Part shown: one piece after another, positions 55,811 to 64,000 of the stretch
Numbering within the stretch: position 1 is the first letter of the stretch
Layout: each line of letters starts with the position of its first letter
NCBI GenBank assembly: GCA_007125585.1
Contig: SLCY01000018.1
Location: 356-64,355, forward strand
Reading direction: 5' to 3'
Source: Bacteroidales bacterium
GTDB lineage: Bacteria > Bacteroidota > Bacteroidia > Bacteroidales > UBA7960
Length of the DNA stretch: 64,000 nucleotides
Position numbers and translations under genes: made by a program
The notes under the pieces: generated by a model
What the model was told of the DNA's origin: nothing
The model's input: only the letters and a program-made list of their open reading frames with translations
Databases searched by the model: none

Positions 55811-57289
55811 TCACCCTGCCTTTGTTTGTGGCCTGTCCATATCCTGCAGGGACTCATTTCCTTGCCTGTTCCGCAGGTAACTCACCAGTGGGTTGAGCAT
55901 CAGCGAGGTAAGCATCCCGATGGTGCCAGCCTGTGGCGATGGCAACCCACCGGCATAAAGAACAAGGCATACGCACAAACCTCCCGTACCCGATGCAATG
56001 GCACCACTTCGCCTGACCCTCTTGCTATACAAACCCCAGAGAAAGGGGCCCAAAAAGAAAGAGCCCAATGCCCCCCAGGAGATGCCCAGGATCATCACAA
56101 TGCTGTCAATATTCAGGTAGGCAAGCACCACAGATAATAAAACAAACAGGGCACTCATCATACGCATCAACAGGGTGAGGGTCTTGTCGTGAACATGTTT
56201 GTTAATAAATCCCTGGTAAAAATCCTTCACAAAAGTGGAACTGGACACCAGCACCAGGGCTGCCAGGGTTGACATGGAGGCTGACAGGATCAGCAGCAGG
56301 ATGATGACACTCAAAGATACAGGGACCACATTGGTAAGCAGCTCGGGCATCAGGATATCATAGTTGGGCCGGCCCAACAAATCAAATGCGGCAGGAGTAT
56401 CTTCAGGATTGAGGAAAATACGGGAGGTGGATCCGATAAAATAGGCCACGCCGCCAATGAGTATGGCAAAAAGTGCAGAGGTGATCATCCCCCTTTTCAC
56501 GGTGGCCTTGTCTTTGATGGCATAAAATTTCTGCATCAGCTGCGGCATTGCAAAAGGAGCCATGCTGGTGAGCAGCACAATGGACAGCAGGGGCCACCAG
56601 CCCGGTGGACCAACTGCCTGGGTCAATTTGGGATCGATCTCATTCAGTGCAAGGGTGATCTGCGGTATACCCCCACCCTGCTGCACCGTGCTGTAGAACA
56701 AGACCATCACACTGACCGCCATGATGATGCCAAAGATCATGTCGATAAGGGCCATCGATTTATAGCCTCCCAACACAAGGTATAATGCTGTAAAAAACCC
56801 CATGAATGCCAGGGCATGCCAATATTCAATGTCAAAGCTGGAAGTAAAGAGGTAGGACAATCCCATGAACACCGCAGCGGTGTATGGGATCATGAAGATG
56901 AATATAACGATGCTGGCCAGCAGCTTTAACTCCGGGGAGTCATATCGTTTATTCAGGAATTCGGGCAATGTGTTGGCCTGGTACTCAACCGCCGCATCCT
57001 TCAACCGCATGCCCACCAGCCACCACACAACCAGCACACCAAGCAATGCGTTCGCCAGGGCTATCCACATCCCGGAGTAGCCGAAGTTCCAACCGATATT
57101 GCCGGCAAACCCGATGAACAGTACGGCACTGAAATAGGCCGTTCCATAGGAAAAAGCCGTCATCCACGGACCCACACGCCCACCACCGAGGTAAAAGTCA
57201 TTAAAAGTCGTGGTGCGCCGAAAACCCCTTATCCCAACCCAGATGATCATCAGTGCGTAGAGGGATAAAACAATGATTCGTATTAACAT
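55811..57289 (-). CDS. Sodium:solute symporter (SSS family) transporter
   Basis: 492 aa with about 13 hydrophobic spans. The N-terminal FYLGGGRVGPWMTAFSYGTAYFSAVLFIGFAG block is typical of SSS/PanF-like carriers. Confidence 0.8.
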   Translation of the reverse strand: MLIRIIVLSLYALMIIWVGIRGFRRTTTFNDFYLGGGRVGPWMTAFSYGTAYFSAVLFIGFAGNIGWNFGYSGMWIALANALLGVLVVWWLVGMRLKDAAVEYQANTLPEFLNKRYDSPELKLLASIVIFIFMIPYTAAVFMGLSYLFTSSFDIEYWHALAFMGFFTALYLVLGGYKSMALIDMIFGIIMAVSVMVLFYSTVQQGGGIPQITLALNEIDPKLTQAVGPPGWWPLLSIVLLTSMAPFAMPQLMQKFYAIKDKATVKRGMITSALFAILIGGVAYFIGSTSRIFLNPEDTPAAFDLLGRPNYDILMPELLTNVVPVSLSVIILLLILSASMSTLAALVLVSSSTFVKDFYQGFINKHVHDKTLTLLMRMMSALFVLLSVVLAYLNIDSIVMILGISWGALGSFFLGPFLWGLYSKRVRRSGAIASGTGGLCVCLVLYAGGLPSPQAGTIGMLTSLMLNPLVSYLRNRQGNESLQDMDRPQTKAG

Positions 57290-57553
57290 CGTTCAGTTAC
57301 GTTTTATTGATGAGATGGCAGATCATTCGTGGTTTCGCTCGGGGATCCTGCCGGTGTTTAGTGATGATCAAAGCACCGTCTGCCTGGCTCTGAACATGAT
57401 GAACCGGGACAGCACGGATACCGGACAAACAGGTGGATCATCATCGCATAACGGTCTCTATGTGGCTAAAATACAGAAATAAACAGGGAAACATAATAAA
57501 AAGCCGGGTGGGACCACAAATTTGCAGGGCGCATTTTATCATGTGCGATCGAC

Positions 57554-59611
57554 TCATTTTACAACGTTGACCCGTGCATCCACGGCCACTATCTGATCCT
57601 CTTTGCCCAGTAAGGGGTTCAGGTCCATCTCAAAGATCTCCGGGGCTGCTTCCAAGAGTGCTGAGATCCTTACCAGGATATCGGCAAAGTGGTCCACGTC
57701 TATACCATCTTGTCCGCGCAAACCATCCAACATGGAGCGGCTTTTCAGGCTGTCTATCATCTCGAAGGCCTCTTCTATGGTGAGCGGGCAAAGACCGGTT
57801 GAAACATCTTTCAACACTTCAATGAAAATGCCACCCATGCCGCATAGCACCATGTGTCCGAACTTATCTTCTCTTTTTGCACCGGCAAAAAGCTCCACCC
57901 CTTCCAGCATTGGTTGCATGAGCACTGCGGTGGTATCCCGTATTTGCATCATCCGTTCGAACTCCCTGTTAACGGTTTCGATATCTTTCACATTCAGTGC
58001 CACGCCTCCCACGTCCGACTTATGCACCGGGCCGGTCACCTTCATGACAAGCGGGAACCCAATCTTTTCAGCCGCCTTCAGGGCCTCTCTGTCTGACCTG
58101 ACAATGGCTTCCGTAACCCTCGAAACACCTGCTGCATCCAAAAGTTCCTGCACTGCTTTGGGGGCCAGGTAACCATCTCCGGCGGCATCCATCACCTTGC
58201 GTATCTTCGGCCGGTCTACTTTAGGTACCACAATGTCTTCCCTCGAAGGTGGCAATGTGTTGCAGACACGCGCCAGGGCCTTTCCCAGCATCACTTCATC
58301 CGGGAAGTTCACATGGCCTTTTGCTATGAAGGCATCCACCTCATCCTTTGCCGTCAGGATGCTTGGGAGAACCGGGAAGATGGGCTTACGGCAGGTACGC
58401 ATCTTCTGGTCGAGCACATCATAAACATTGTAAACCGGGAACAGGCCCGGGGTGCCAAAGATCACCACCATGCCATCGATGTTGTCAAAATATTTATCGG
58501 TATAATCCAGGATGATGGCCAGCTGTTCTGCCGTTCCCGTGGCCAGGAAATCTATGGGGTTGCCAACAGATGACCCCGGAAAAAGGTGGGTCAAAAGCTC
58601 ATGGCTGGCAGCAGAGTCGATGGGCGGCACCTCCAGTCCGTTTTCCGACAGCACATCGGTGAGCATTACCGCCGGGCCACCGGCATGGGTGATCACTGCA
58701 AGCCTTTTGCCCCGGAGCCTGGGATACGAAAATACCGAAGCCACGGCGACCAGGTCTTCTCTCCCATGACAGCGAACAATGCCTGCCTTACGGAACAGTG
58801 CATCTACAGCCACATCAGGACTTGCCAGCGCCCCCGTATGCGAGGAGGCAGCCCGGCTGCCAGCCTCAGAGCTGCCCGCCTTGACAGCCGCAATACGACA
58901 ACCCTTGCGTTGAAGTGAGGCGGCATGGGTCAACAACATCTGCGGCTTTGAGATGTCTTCAATGTACAAAAGCTTAATCCGCGAACTATATTCCGGGTCA
59001 AAAGACTCATCCCAATATTTCACCACTTCTTCCACACCCATCTGTGCACTGTTACCGACAGAAAACACATTGGCAAAAGACAGCCCTTTGGGGATGCCTG
59101 CCTCCATAATGAAACAAGCCGTGGCGCCGGAGCCGGAAACAAAGTCGCATCCCCCGGGGTCAAGTTTCGGTATGGGTTCTGTGAACACACTATGATGACC
59201 GGGGGTGAGCACCCCGATACAGTTGGGTCCGATCAAAGCGCCATCCACCTCGTTGACAATATCTACCAGCCTTTTCTCCAGTGCGGCACCACCTTCACTT
59301 TCTTCACTGAAACCGGCCGACAAAACGATGAATGCACGTGTGCCCTTCTGATGGGCCAGCACATCCACGGCATCGGGGACAAACCGGGCGGCAATGGCGA
59401 GAATGGCCAGGTCCACATCCGGCAATTCAGCCACATCACTGTAACTCCTGATGCCCTGAACCTCACTCTCCTTAAGGTTGGTCACATACAGTTCACCCGG
59501 AAAATGACCGTCAATCAGGTTTTTTAACACCTTCCCGCCGGGCTTTGAAGTATCGTTGGACCCACCAATTACCACAATGCTGCGGGGATTGATCAACTCT
59601 TTGTTTATCAT
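57554..59611 (-). CDS. ADP-forming acetyl-CoA synthetase family protein (fused alpha/beta: CoA-binding + CoA-ligase + ATP-grasp)
   Basis: 685 aa. N-terminal CoA-binding fold (PRSIVVIGGSND.SKPGG), a central succinyl-CoA-synthetase-like flavodoxin domain and a C-terminal ATP-grasp (FPLVMKVTGPVHKSDVGGV). Confidence 0.8.
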   Translation of the reverse strand: MINKELINPRSIVVIGGSNDTSKPGGKVLKNLIDGHFPGELYVTNLKESEVQGIRSYSDVAELPDVDLAILAIAARFVPDAVDVLAHQKGTRAFIVLSAGFSEESEGGAALEKRLVDIVNEVDGALIGPNCIGVLTPGHHSVFTEPIPKLDPGGCDFVSGSGATACFIMEAGIPKGLSFANVFSVGNSAQMGVEEVVKYWDESFDPEYSSRIKLLYIEDISKPQMLLTHAASLQRKGCRIAAVKAGSSEAGSRAASSHTGALASPDVAVDALFRKAGIVRCHGREDLVAVASVFSYPRLRGKRLAVITHAGGPAVMLTDVLSENGLEVPPIDSAASHELLTHLFPGSSVGNPIDFLATGTAEQLAIILDYTDKYFDNIDGMVVIFGTPGLFPVYNVYDVLDQKMRTCRKPIFPVLPSILTAKDEVDAFIAKGHVNFPDEVMLGKALARVCNTLPPSREDIVVPKVDRPKIRKVMDAAGDGYLAPKAVQELLDAAGVSRVTEAIVRSDREALKAAEKIGFPLVMKVTGPVHKSDVGGVALNVKDIETVNREFERMMQIRDTTAVLMQPMLEGVELFAGAKREDKFGHMVLCGMGGIFIEVLKDVSTGLCPLTIEEAFEMIDSLKSRSMLDGLRGQDGIDVDHFADILVRISALLEAAPEIFEMDLNPLLGKEDQIVAVDARVNVVK

Positions 59612-59804
59612 TTCAATGCAATGTTTTCAAAAAAACACATCTTTTTTCTCCACTGTGCCTGCTTTCCGGATCCTGTAAATTGTAAGCCACAAAATGGGTA
59701 CTTCTTCACAGGAGAAATGCACATCATTTCGGTTCGAAAATAGATAATATATTGGACATAATTGCTCACCGGAAGGCAAAAATTTGATATTTTAGCGCAA
59801 ATGG

Positions 59805-59912
59805 ATTGTTGCCAAGATTTTGGTGGCTGGTTGCCATTGTTGGTTATTGGCCGCTGGCCATTGGTTGAAGGTGGATGGCTGATGGTAACAGGTTTTCAGG
59901 TTTCGGGATGTG
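59805..59912. repeat. G+T-rich stuttering low-complexity tract
   Basis: The sequence reads GATTGTTGCCAAGATTTTGGTGGCTGGTTGCCATTGTTGGTTATTGGCCGCTGGCCATTGGTTGAAGGTGGATGGCTGATGGTAACAGGTTTTCAGGTTTCGGGATGTGGG. Short motifs (TTGCCA, ATTGG, TGGCY, GGTTT) recur back to back. Confidence 0.8.
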
Positions 59913-59943
59913 GGCCACATGTTCTGCCAACAAAAAACAAAGC

Positions 59944-60594
59944 ATGAAGAAAAAAGAACGTTTTGAACATGTTCTGAACTACTTTTCCATCCATCAGCCG
60001 GATGCAGTAACCGAGTTGAGTTATACCGATCCCTATGAGTTGCTGGTGGCAGTGATCCTGTCGGCCCAATGCACCGACAAGCGGGTTAACCGGATAACGC
60101 CTGCTTTTTTCAGCCGTTTTCCGGAACCGGAGTCCCTGGCGGAGGCTTTGCACGAAGAAGTATATGAACTGATCAAAAGTTGCTCTTACCCAAACAACAA
60201 AAGCCGCAGCCTGATCGGGATGGCCAATGCGCTGATCAACCAGTTTGGCGGTGTGGTACCGGATGAGGTGAATGAGCTGGTAAAACTGCCGGGAGTGGGA
60301 AGGAAAACCGCCAATGTGATCGCATCGGTTATATACAGCAAGCCTGCATTGGCCGTAGACACCCATGTGTTCCGCGTGGCAGCGCGCATCGGTCTGACAA
60401 CCAATGCCCGAACACCACTGGAAGCAGAAAAGCAGTTGCTGAAGTATATACCGGAGCACCAGGTAGCCATTGCGCATCACTGGCTGATCCTGCACGGACG
60501 CTATGTTTGCCTGGCCAGGAAACCCCGGTGTGAGGCTTGCCCGTTATCAGCATTCTGTAAATATTACAAAACCTCCAAAAGAAAGACCCGGTAG
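59944..60594 (+). CDS. nth: Endonuclease III
   Basis: The start is placed at the ATG at 59944, giving 216 aa. HhH-GPD motif LPGVGRKTANV, catalytic VDTHVFR, and the [4Fe-4S] cluster loop C-x6-C-x2-C-x5-C (CLARKPRCEACPLSAFC). Confidence 0.9.
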   Translation: MKKKERFEHVLNYFSIHQPDAVTELSYTDPYELLVAVILSAQCTDKRVNRITPAFFSRFPEPESLAEALHEEVYELIKSCSYPNNKSRSLIGMANALINQFGGVVPDEVNELVKLPGVGRKTANVIASVIYSKPALAVDTHVFRVAARIGLTTNARTPLEAEKQLLKYIPEHQVAIAHHWLILHGRYVCLARKPRCEACPLSAFCKYYKTSKRKTR

Positions 60595-60851
60595 TTTGAC
60601 AGCATCTGCTGACGGTCAGATCAGAGTGATCATTCCATCAATCGCCGATCCAGATGCAACGTACTGATTTCCCAACATGCATTGCAGCTGGGTCCAGATC
60701 AAATACACTGCCCGTATTGCTTCTTATCCAGCACTGAACAGCCTGATCTGCATCGTATCCCGCACTGCTCCATAAGGTCCACCAGTGTCCAATGTTTTCA
60801 AATGAGCCGTTATGGGAAGAGCGGGTGACAGGAAGTAGGGAGCCCCGGCGG

Positions 60852-61307
60852 TCATCCACTGATAATCTGGCTGGTATGATCTTTTGTCTGCACTTTTTCA
60901 ATGATCTCTTCAATCTTTCCTGCTTCATCAATAACAAAGGTTGTACGTTTAATGCCCATAAACTCGCGGCCCATAAATTTCTTCATGCCCCAGACTTCAT
61001 AGGCCCTGAGTATCTCTTTGCCGGTATCGGCAATGAGCGGGAAGGGTAAATGGTTCTTTTCAATGAATTTTTTGTGTGATTTCTCGCTGTCTGCACTTAC
61101 ACCCACCACCTTATAGCCTTTTTCAAGGAGCAGGTCGTAGTTATCGCGCAGGTTACATGCCTGTGACGTACAGCCGGGGGTGCTGTCTTTCGGGTAAAAA
61201 TACAACACCAGTTTATGTCCTTTGAAATCATTGAGTGAAATGGGGTTGCCATCCTGGTCAACGCCTTTGAAGTCGGGGGCTTTTTCGCCGGTTTTTAATT
61301 TTGTCAT
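60852..61307 (-). CDS. bcp: Thioredoxin-dependent thiol peroxidase (peroxiredoxin Bcp)
   Basis: 151 aa. Contains APDFKG...LYFYPKDSTPGCTSQAC, with the peroxidatic and resolving Cys spaced as in Bcp. Confidence 0.9.
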   Translation of the reverse strand: MTKLKTGEKAPDFKGVDQDGNPISLNDFKGHKLVLYFYPKDSTPGCTSQACNLRDNYDLLLEKGYKVVGVSADSEKSHKKFIEKNHLPFPLIADTGKEILRAYEVWGMKKFMGREFMGIKRTTFVIDEAGKIEEIIEKVQTKDHTSQIISG

Positions 61308-61401
61308 GAGGTTCGGTTTTTATGGTGTAAATGTTTTGAATTATCTGATGTTCAAACGCTGACATGCCATCATTTGTTCAGCATCCACATTGGGTCAACC
61401 G

Positions 61402-61460
61402 CCGGGCCCTGTGGGGGGATAAATCCGTGATCGACCGGGCCCTGTGGGGGGATAGATCCG
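61402..61460. repeat. 26-nt direct repeat x2 (period 33)
   Basis: CCGGGCCCTGTGGGGGGATAAATCCG (61402..61427) and CCGGGCCCTGTGGGGGGATAGATCCG (61435..61460) differ at one position. Confidence 0.9.
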
Positions 61461-61468
61461 CCTTTGAT

Positions 61469-61507
61469 GGAACGATGGAGCAATGGAACGAAGGAACGAT
61501 AGAACGA
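61469..61507. repeat. GGAACGA heptamer cluster (3 exact copies plus AGAACGA)
   Basis: GGAACGA occurs at 61469, 61485 and 61493, and AGAACGA at 61501. Confidence 0.85.
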
Positions 61508-61540
61508 ATCTTTTGGGCATTGGCTGTAAGCTATTGGCTT

Positions 61541-61580
61541 TTAAACCCTTAAACCCTTAAACATTTAAACCCTTAAACCT
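61541..61580. repeat. 8-nt tandem repeat TTAAACCC x5
   Basis: The units read TTAAACCC TTAAACCC TTAAACAT TTAAACCC TTAAACCT, contiguous and head to tail. Confidence 0.9.
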
Positions 61581-61691
61581 CTTTGGCCTTTTGACAAATG
61601 ACAAACATTAATAAACAAGCAACGACCGGGTGAAAGACCTTGAGCGGTTTTTCATTCGTCTGTATGTAATTTCACATGAAAAAAAATTCAT

Positions 61692-61699
61692 GTATTTTT
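61692..61699 (+). promoter_or_regulatory. Candidate -7 box (TATTTTTG) for pepD
   Basis: Exact TAnnTTTG match, 46 nt upstream of the ATG at 61745. Confidence 0.4.
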
Positions 61700-61744
61700 G
61701 TTGGAATTCAGCAAATTTTTGAACCGGATAAAAGATTAAAACAG

Positions 61745-63205
61745 ATGAGCAAGGAACTGATGAATCTGGAACCCCAAACATTGTGGAAGTATTTTGAAGC
61801 CATTTGCGGCATTCCCCACCCTTCAAAGAAGGAGCAGGCCATGATAGAATACGTTAAAGGTGTTGGTGAGACACTTGGCCTGGAGACGAAGGTTGACCAT
61901 GCAGGCAATGTATTGATCCGCAAGCCGGCCACGCCGGGCATGGAGGGCCGCAAGACCGTCGTTTTGCAGGGACATCTCGACATGGTACCTCAAAAGAACA
62001 ACGATACTGTCCATGATTTTGAGAAGGATCCTATCAAGGCTTATATTGACGGGGATTGGGTTAAAGCCGATGGTACGACACTGGGTGCCGATAACGGTAT
62101 AGGTGTGGCGGCTGCGCTGGCTGTGTTGGAAGCCAGGGATATCGAGCACGGGCCCCTCGAGTGCCTTTTCACCATTGACGAAGAAACAGGGATGACGGGT
62201 GCATTTGAGCTGAAGCCAGGCTTTCTGGAGGGCGATATCCTGATCAACATGGATTCGGAAGATGAGGGTGAACTTTATATCGGTTGCGCCGGCGGTATCG
62301 ACACCAATGCCTTTTTCAAATACAGGGAAGAGTTGCCCCCTGATCATCATGTAGCTTACAAAACAGAGGTAAAAGGGTTGAAGGGCGGCCATTCCGGACT
62401 CGATATTAACCAGGGGCGGGGCAATGCTGTAAAACTGCTGAACCGCCTACTCTGGCAAGCCAATCGTGATCTGGGCCTGAGGCTTGCATCGGTCGACGGC
62501 GGCAGTCTGCGGAATGCCATCCCACGGGAAGCCACTGCCATTGTTACCATCCCTGAAGGGAAAGAAGAAAAGTTTGACAAGATGGCAAAAGCAATGCATG
62601 CCGACTGGGTGAATGAACTTGGAACCGTTGACCCGGACCTTGTCCTGAAAGTCACAGAAACCGCGATGCCGGAAAAAGTCATGGATCCCGAAACGGCAAG
62701 AATGATCTTCAATGCCGTATATGCCTGCCCCAATGGTGTGATCCGTGTGGTCAGCGAAATGCCCGATGTGGTGGAGACAAGCACCAACCTGGCGATCCTG
62801 AAGTCAGACAACGGTACGGTTGAAGCTGCAACGCTGCAAAGGAGCTCCGTGGACTCAGCCAAGCAGGACCTGTGCAATATGATGCGCGCGGTATTTGAAA
62901 TGTCAGGGGCCACAGTAGAGCAAACGGGCGAATACCCCGGATGGAAGCCAGATGTGAACTCTCCCATATTGAAAACGATGAAAGAGGTTTACCAAAAACT
63001 CCATGGTAAAACACCCGCACAAAAAGTGATCCACGCCGGACTGGAATGCGGCCTGCTGGGAGGCACCTATCCGGGGCTCGATATGATCTCCTTCGGGCCC
63101 ACCATCCGCAATCCACACTCACCCGACGAAATGGTGAATATCAAAACGGTAAAAATGTTTTACGACTTTCTCATAGAAACCCTTAAAAATGTCCCGGAAA
63201 AATAA
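61745..63205 (+). CDS. pepD: Aminoacyl-histidine (Xaa-His) dipeptidase PepD, M20C
   Basis: The start is placed at the ATG at 61745 (MSKELMNLEPQTLWKYFEAICGIPHPSKKE, the typical PepD N-terminus). Motifs HLDMVPQK, GADNGIGVAA and FTIDEETGMTGA. Confidence 0.9.
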   Translation: MSKELMNLEPQTLWKYFEAICGIPHPSKKEQAMIEYVKGVGETLGLETKVDHAGNVLIRKPATPGMEGRKTVVLQGHLDMVPQKNNDTVHDFEKDPIKAYIDGDWVKADGTTLGADNGIGVAAALAVLEARDIEHGPLECLFTIDEETGMTGAFELKPGFLEGDILINMDSEDEGELYIGCAGGIDTNAFFKYREELPPDHHVAYKTEVKGLKGGHSGLDINQGRGNAVKLLNRLLWQANRDLGLRLASVDGGSLRNAIPREATAIVTIPEGKEEKFDKMAKAMHADWVNELGTVDPDLVLKVTETAMPEKVMDPETARMIFNAVYACPNGVIRVVSEMPDVVETSTNLAILKSDNGTVEAATLQRSSVDSAKQDLCNMMRAVFEMSGATVEQTGEYPGWKPDVNSPILKTMKEVYQKLHGKTPAQKVIHAGLECGLLGGTYPGLDMISFGPTIRNPHSPDEMVNIKTVKMFYDFLIETLKNVPEK

Positions 63206-63217
63206 ACGGAACAACGG

Positions 63218-63236
63218 AAACACATCGTTTGTGTTT
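63218..63236 (+). terminator. Small hairpin after pepD (weak terminator candidate)
   Basis: AAACACA-tcgtt-TGTGTTT followed by AATTGTATTTTT. The stem is AT-rich, so confidence is low. Confidence 0.3.
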
Positions 63237-63286
63237 AATTGTATTTTTCATTAACTTGCATGACCATCACAAAAAACCCCAAACCT

Positions 63287-64000
63287 ATGAATGAAGAAAA
63301 AGATCAGAAAAGACAAAAGAACCTGCAAACATGGTTGATCATTGTTGCGGCCGTATTGCTGCTTTCCATCATTGGGAACATTATCTATATGACCCGGTCA
63401 GGCCGTTTGTCGAACGAAAAAGAAGCGCTGGCCACCGAAAAGGAGGCCCTCCAGACGGAGAACCTGGTGCTGAGTGAGGCCGTTGAGGTCAAAGACGGCA
63501 TCATTGAAGAGCACAAGGAAAAGCTTGAGATGCTGGCTGAGGAGCACGAAGCGATGGTGCGGGAAAAAGATGCCCGCATTGCACAATTAAGCCGCAGGGC
63601 GACCGTTCGCGCCGAAGAGCTGGAAGAGCAAAAGGAGGCCAACGATGAGCTGACTGCTGACATAGAGGCTTTGAAGCAGGAAGTCGAGGAACTCACCAAC
63701 CAGATCTATCTCAAGGAACAGGAAATGGACGCACTGGCTGCAGCGTATGAGCTATTGATGGGAGAAGCGCAAGAAGCAGCACAGCTCAAAGTGTACAACA
63801 TGTGTGTTCTGACCATGTGGGATCGGTGGCTCTGTGCCGACCGCTACAATGTATCAAAGGCAAGAAGGGTTGATCATACTTCCATCCGCTTTGAGGTAGA
63901 CGGCACCATCTTTACCGAAGCAGGCACAAAAGAGGTGCACCTGCTTTTGTATGATCCCGATGATGAACTCATGTACGCTTCTCCCGAAGTATTTGCCATT
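63287..64000 (+). CDS. Membrane-anchored coiled-coil protein (hypothetical), 3' end cut by window edge
   Basis: This ORF is not in the track because it has no stop in the window. My manual translation gives MNEEKDQKRQKNLQTWLIIVAAVLLLSIIGNIIY... (one TM), then about 120 aa of heptad-like E/K/L/A-rich sequence, then a Cys/Trp-containing globular start (VYNMCVLTMWDRWLCADRYN...). The frame is open to nt 64000. Confidence 0.55.
   Translation, partial: MNEEKDQKRQKNLQTWLIIVAAVLLLSIIGNIIYMTRSGRLSNEKEALATEKEALQTENLVLSEAVEVKDGIIEEHKEKLEMLAEEHEAMVREKDARIAQLSRRATVRAEELEEQKEANDELTADIEALKQEVEELTNQIYLKEQEMDALAAAYELLMGEAQEAAQLKVYNMCVLTMWDRWLCADRYNVSKARRVDHTSIRFEVDGTIFTEAGTKEVHLLLYDPDDELMYASPEVFAI

Noticed and set aside
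61364-61552. A 62-aa ORF, and a possible CRISPR array, in the bcp/pepD spacer.
   Set aside because: The ORF's peptide repeats (RALWGDKS/RALWGDRS, WNEGT) simply mirror the DNA repeats. The array has only two copies of the longest unit with a 7-nt spacer, the other units are 7-8 nt, and there are no cas genes. It is not CRISPR.

Overview
This is a gene-dense 64-kb core-chromosome segment with 46 protein-coding genes called; both window edges cut a gene. I assign it to phylum Bacteroidota by inference, on these grounds:
- two 288-aa primary-type sigma factors that lack region 1.1
- TTTG/TAnnTTTG promoter boxes correctly placed and oriented upstream of about a dozen genes
- A-rich leaders without Shine-Dalgarno sequences
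- phylum-typical families: a lipidated Omp85 (TamL type) with TamB, a BatA-N protein, DUF5606, DUF5916/CBM9, and DUF4295-L33-FtsY

The content is overwhelmingly housekeeping:
- DNA and repair: parC, nth
- translation and RNA: rpsO, pnp, rpmG, rimO, and two sigma-70 genes
- secretion and envelope: yidC, ftsY, tamB with an Omp85, an MsbA-like ABC exporter, mltG, pgeF, htrA, dapF
- nucleotide synthesis: pyrG, pyrD, purB
- central metabolism: rpe, a PGM/PMM enzyme, ADP-forming acetyl-CoA synthetase
- peptidases: pepT, pepD, an M14 peptidase, a retropepsin-PDZ protein
- iron storage: ferritin and a Bfd-like ferredoxin
- redox: bcp

I see no rRNA, tRNA, CRISPR array, transposase or integrase, prophage or recognisable defence genes. 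I did not find a convincing novel multi-gene system, and this should be read as an ordinary core region.

The items most worth a second look are:
1. a second full-length primary-type sigma factor about 13.7 kb from rpoD
2. an operator-like pair of perfect palindromes bracketing the promoter of the DUF5606-pyrD unit
3. a cascade of unrelated short tandem repeats in the bcp/pepD divergent spacer, with a similar G+T-rich stuttering tract upstream of nth
4. nested inverted repeats in the slyD/ybaN convergent spacer
5. a divergent ferritin/Bfd-like pair with Fur-box-like AT palindromes
6. a 52-aa DUF4295 gene below the ORF-track cutoff

All product calls rest on my recognition of motifs in the supplied translations; no database search was run.
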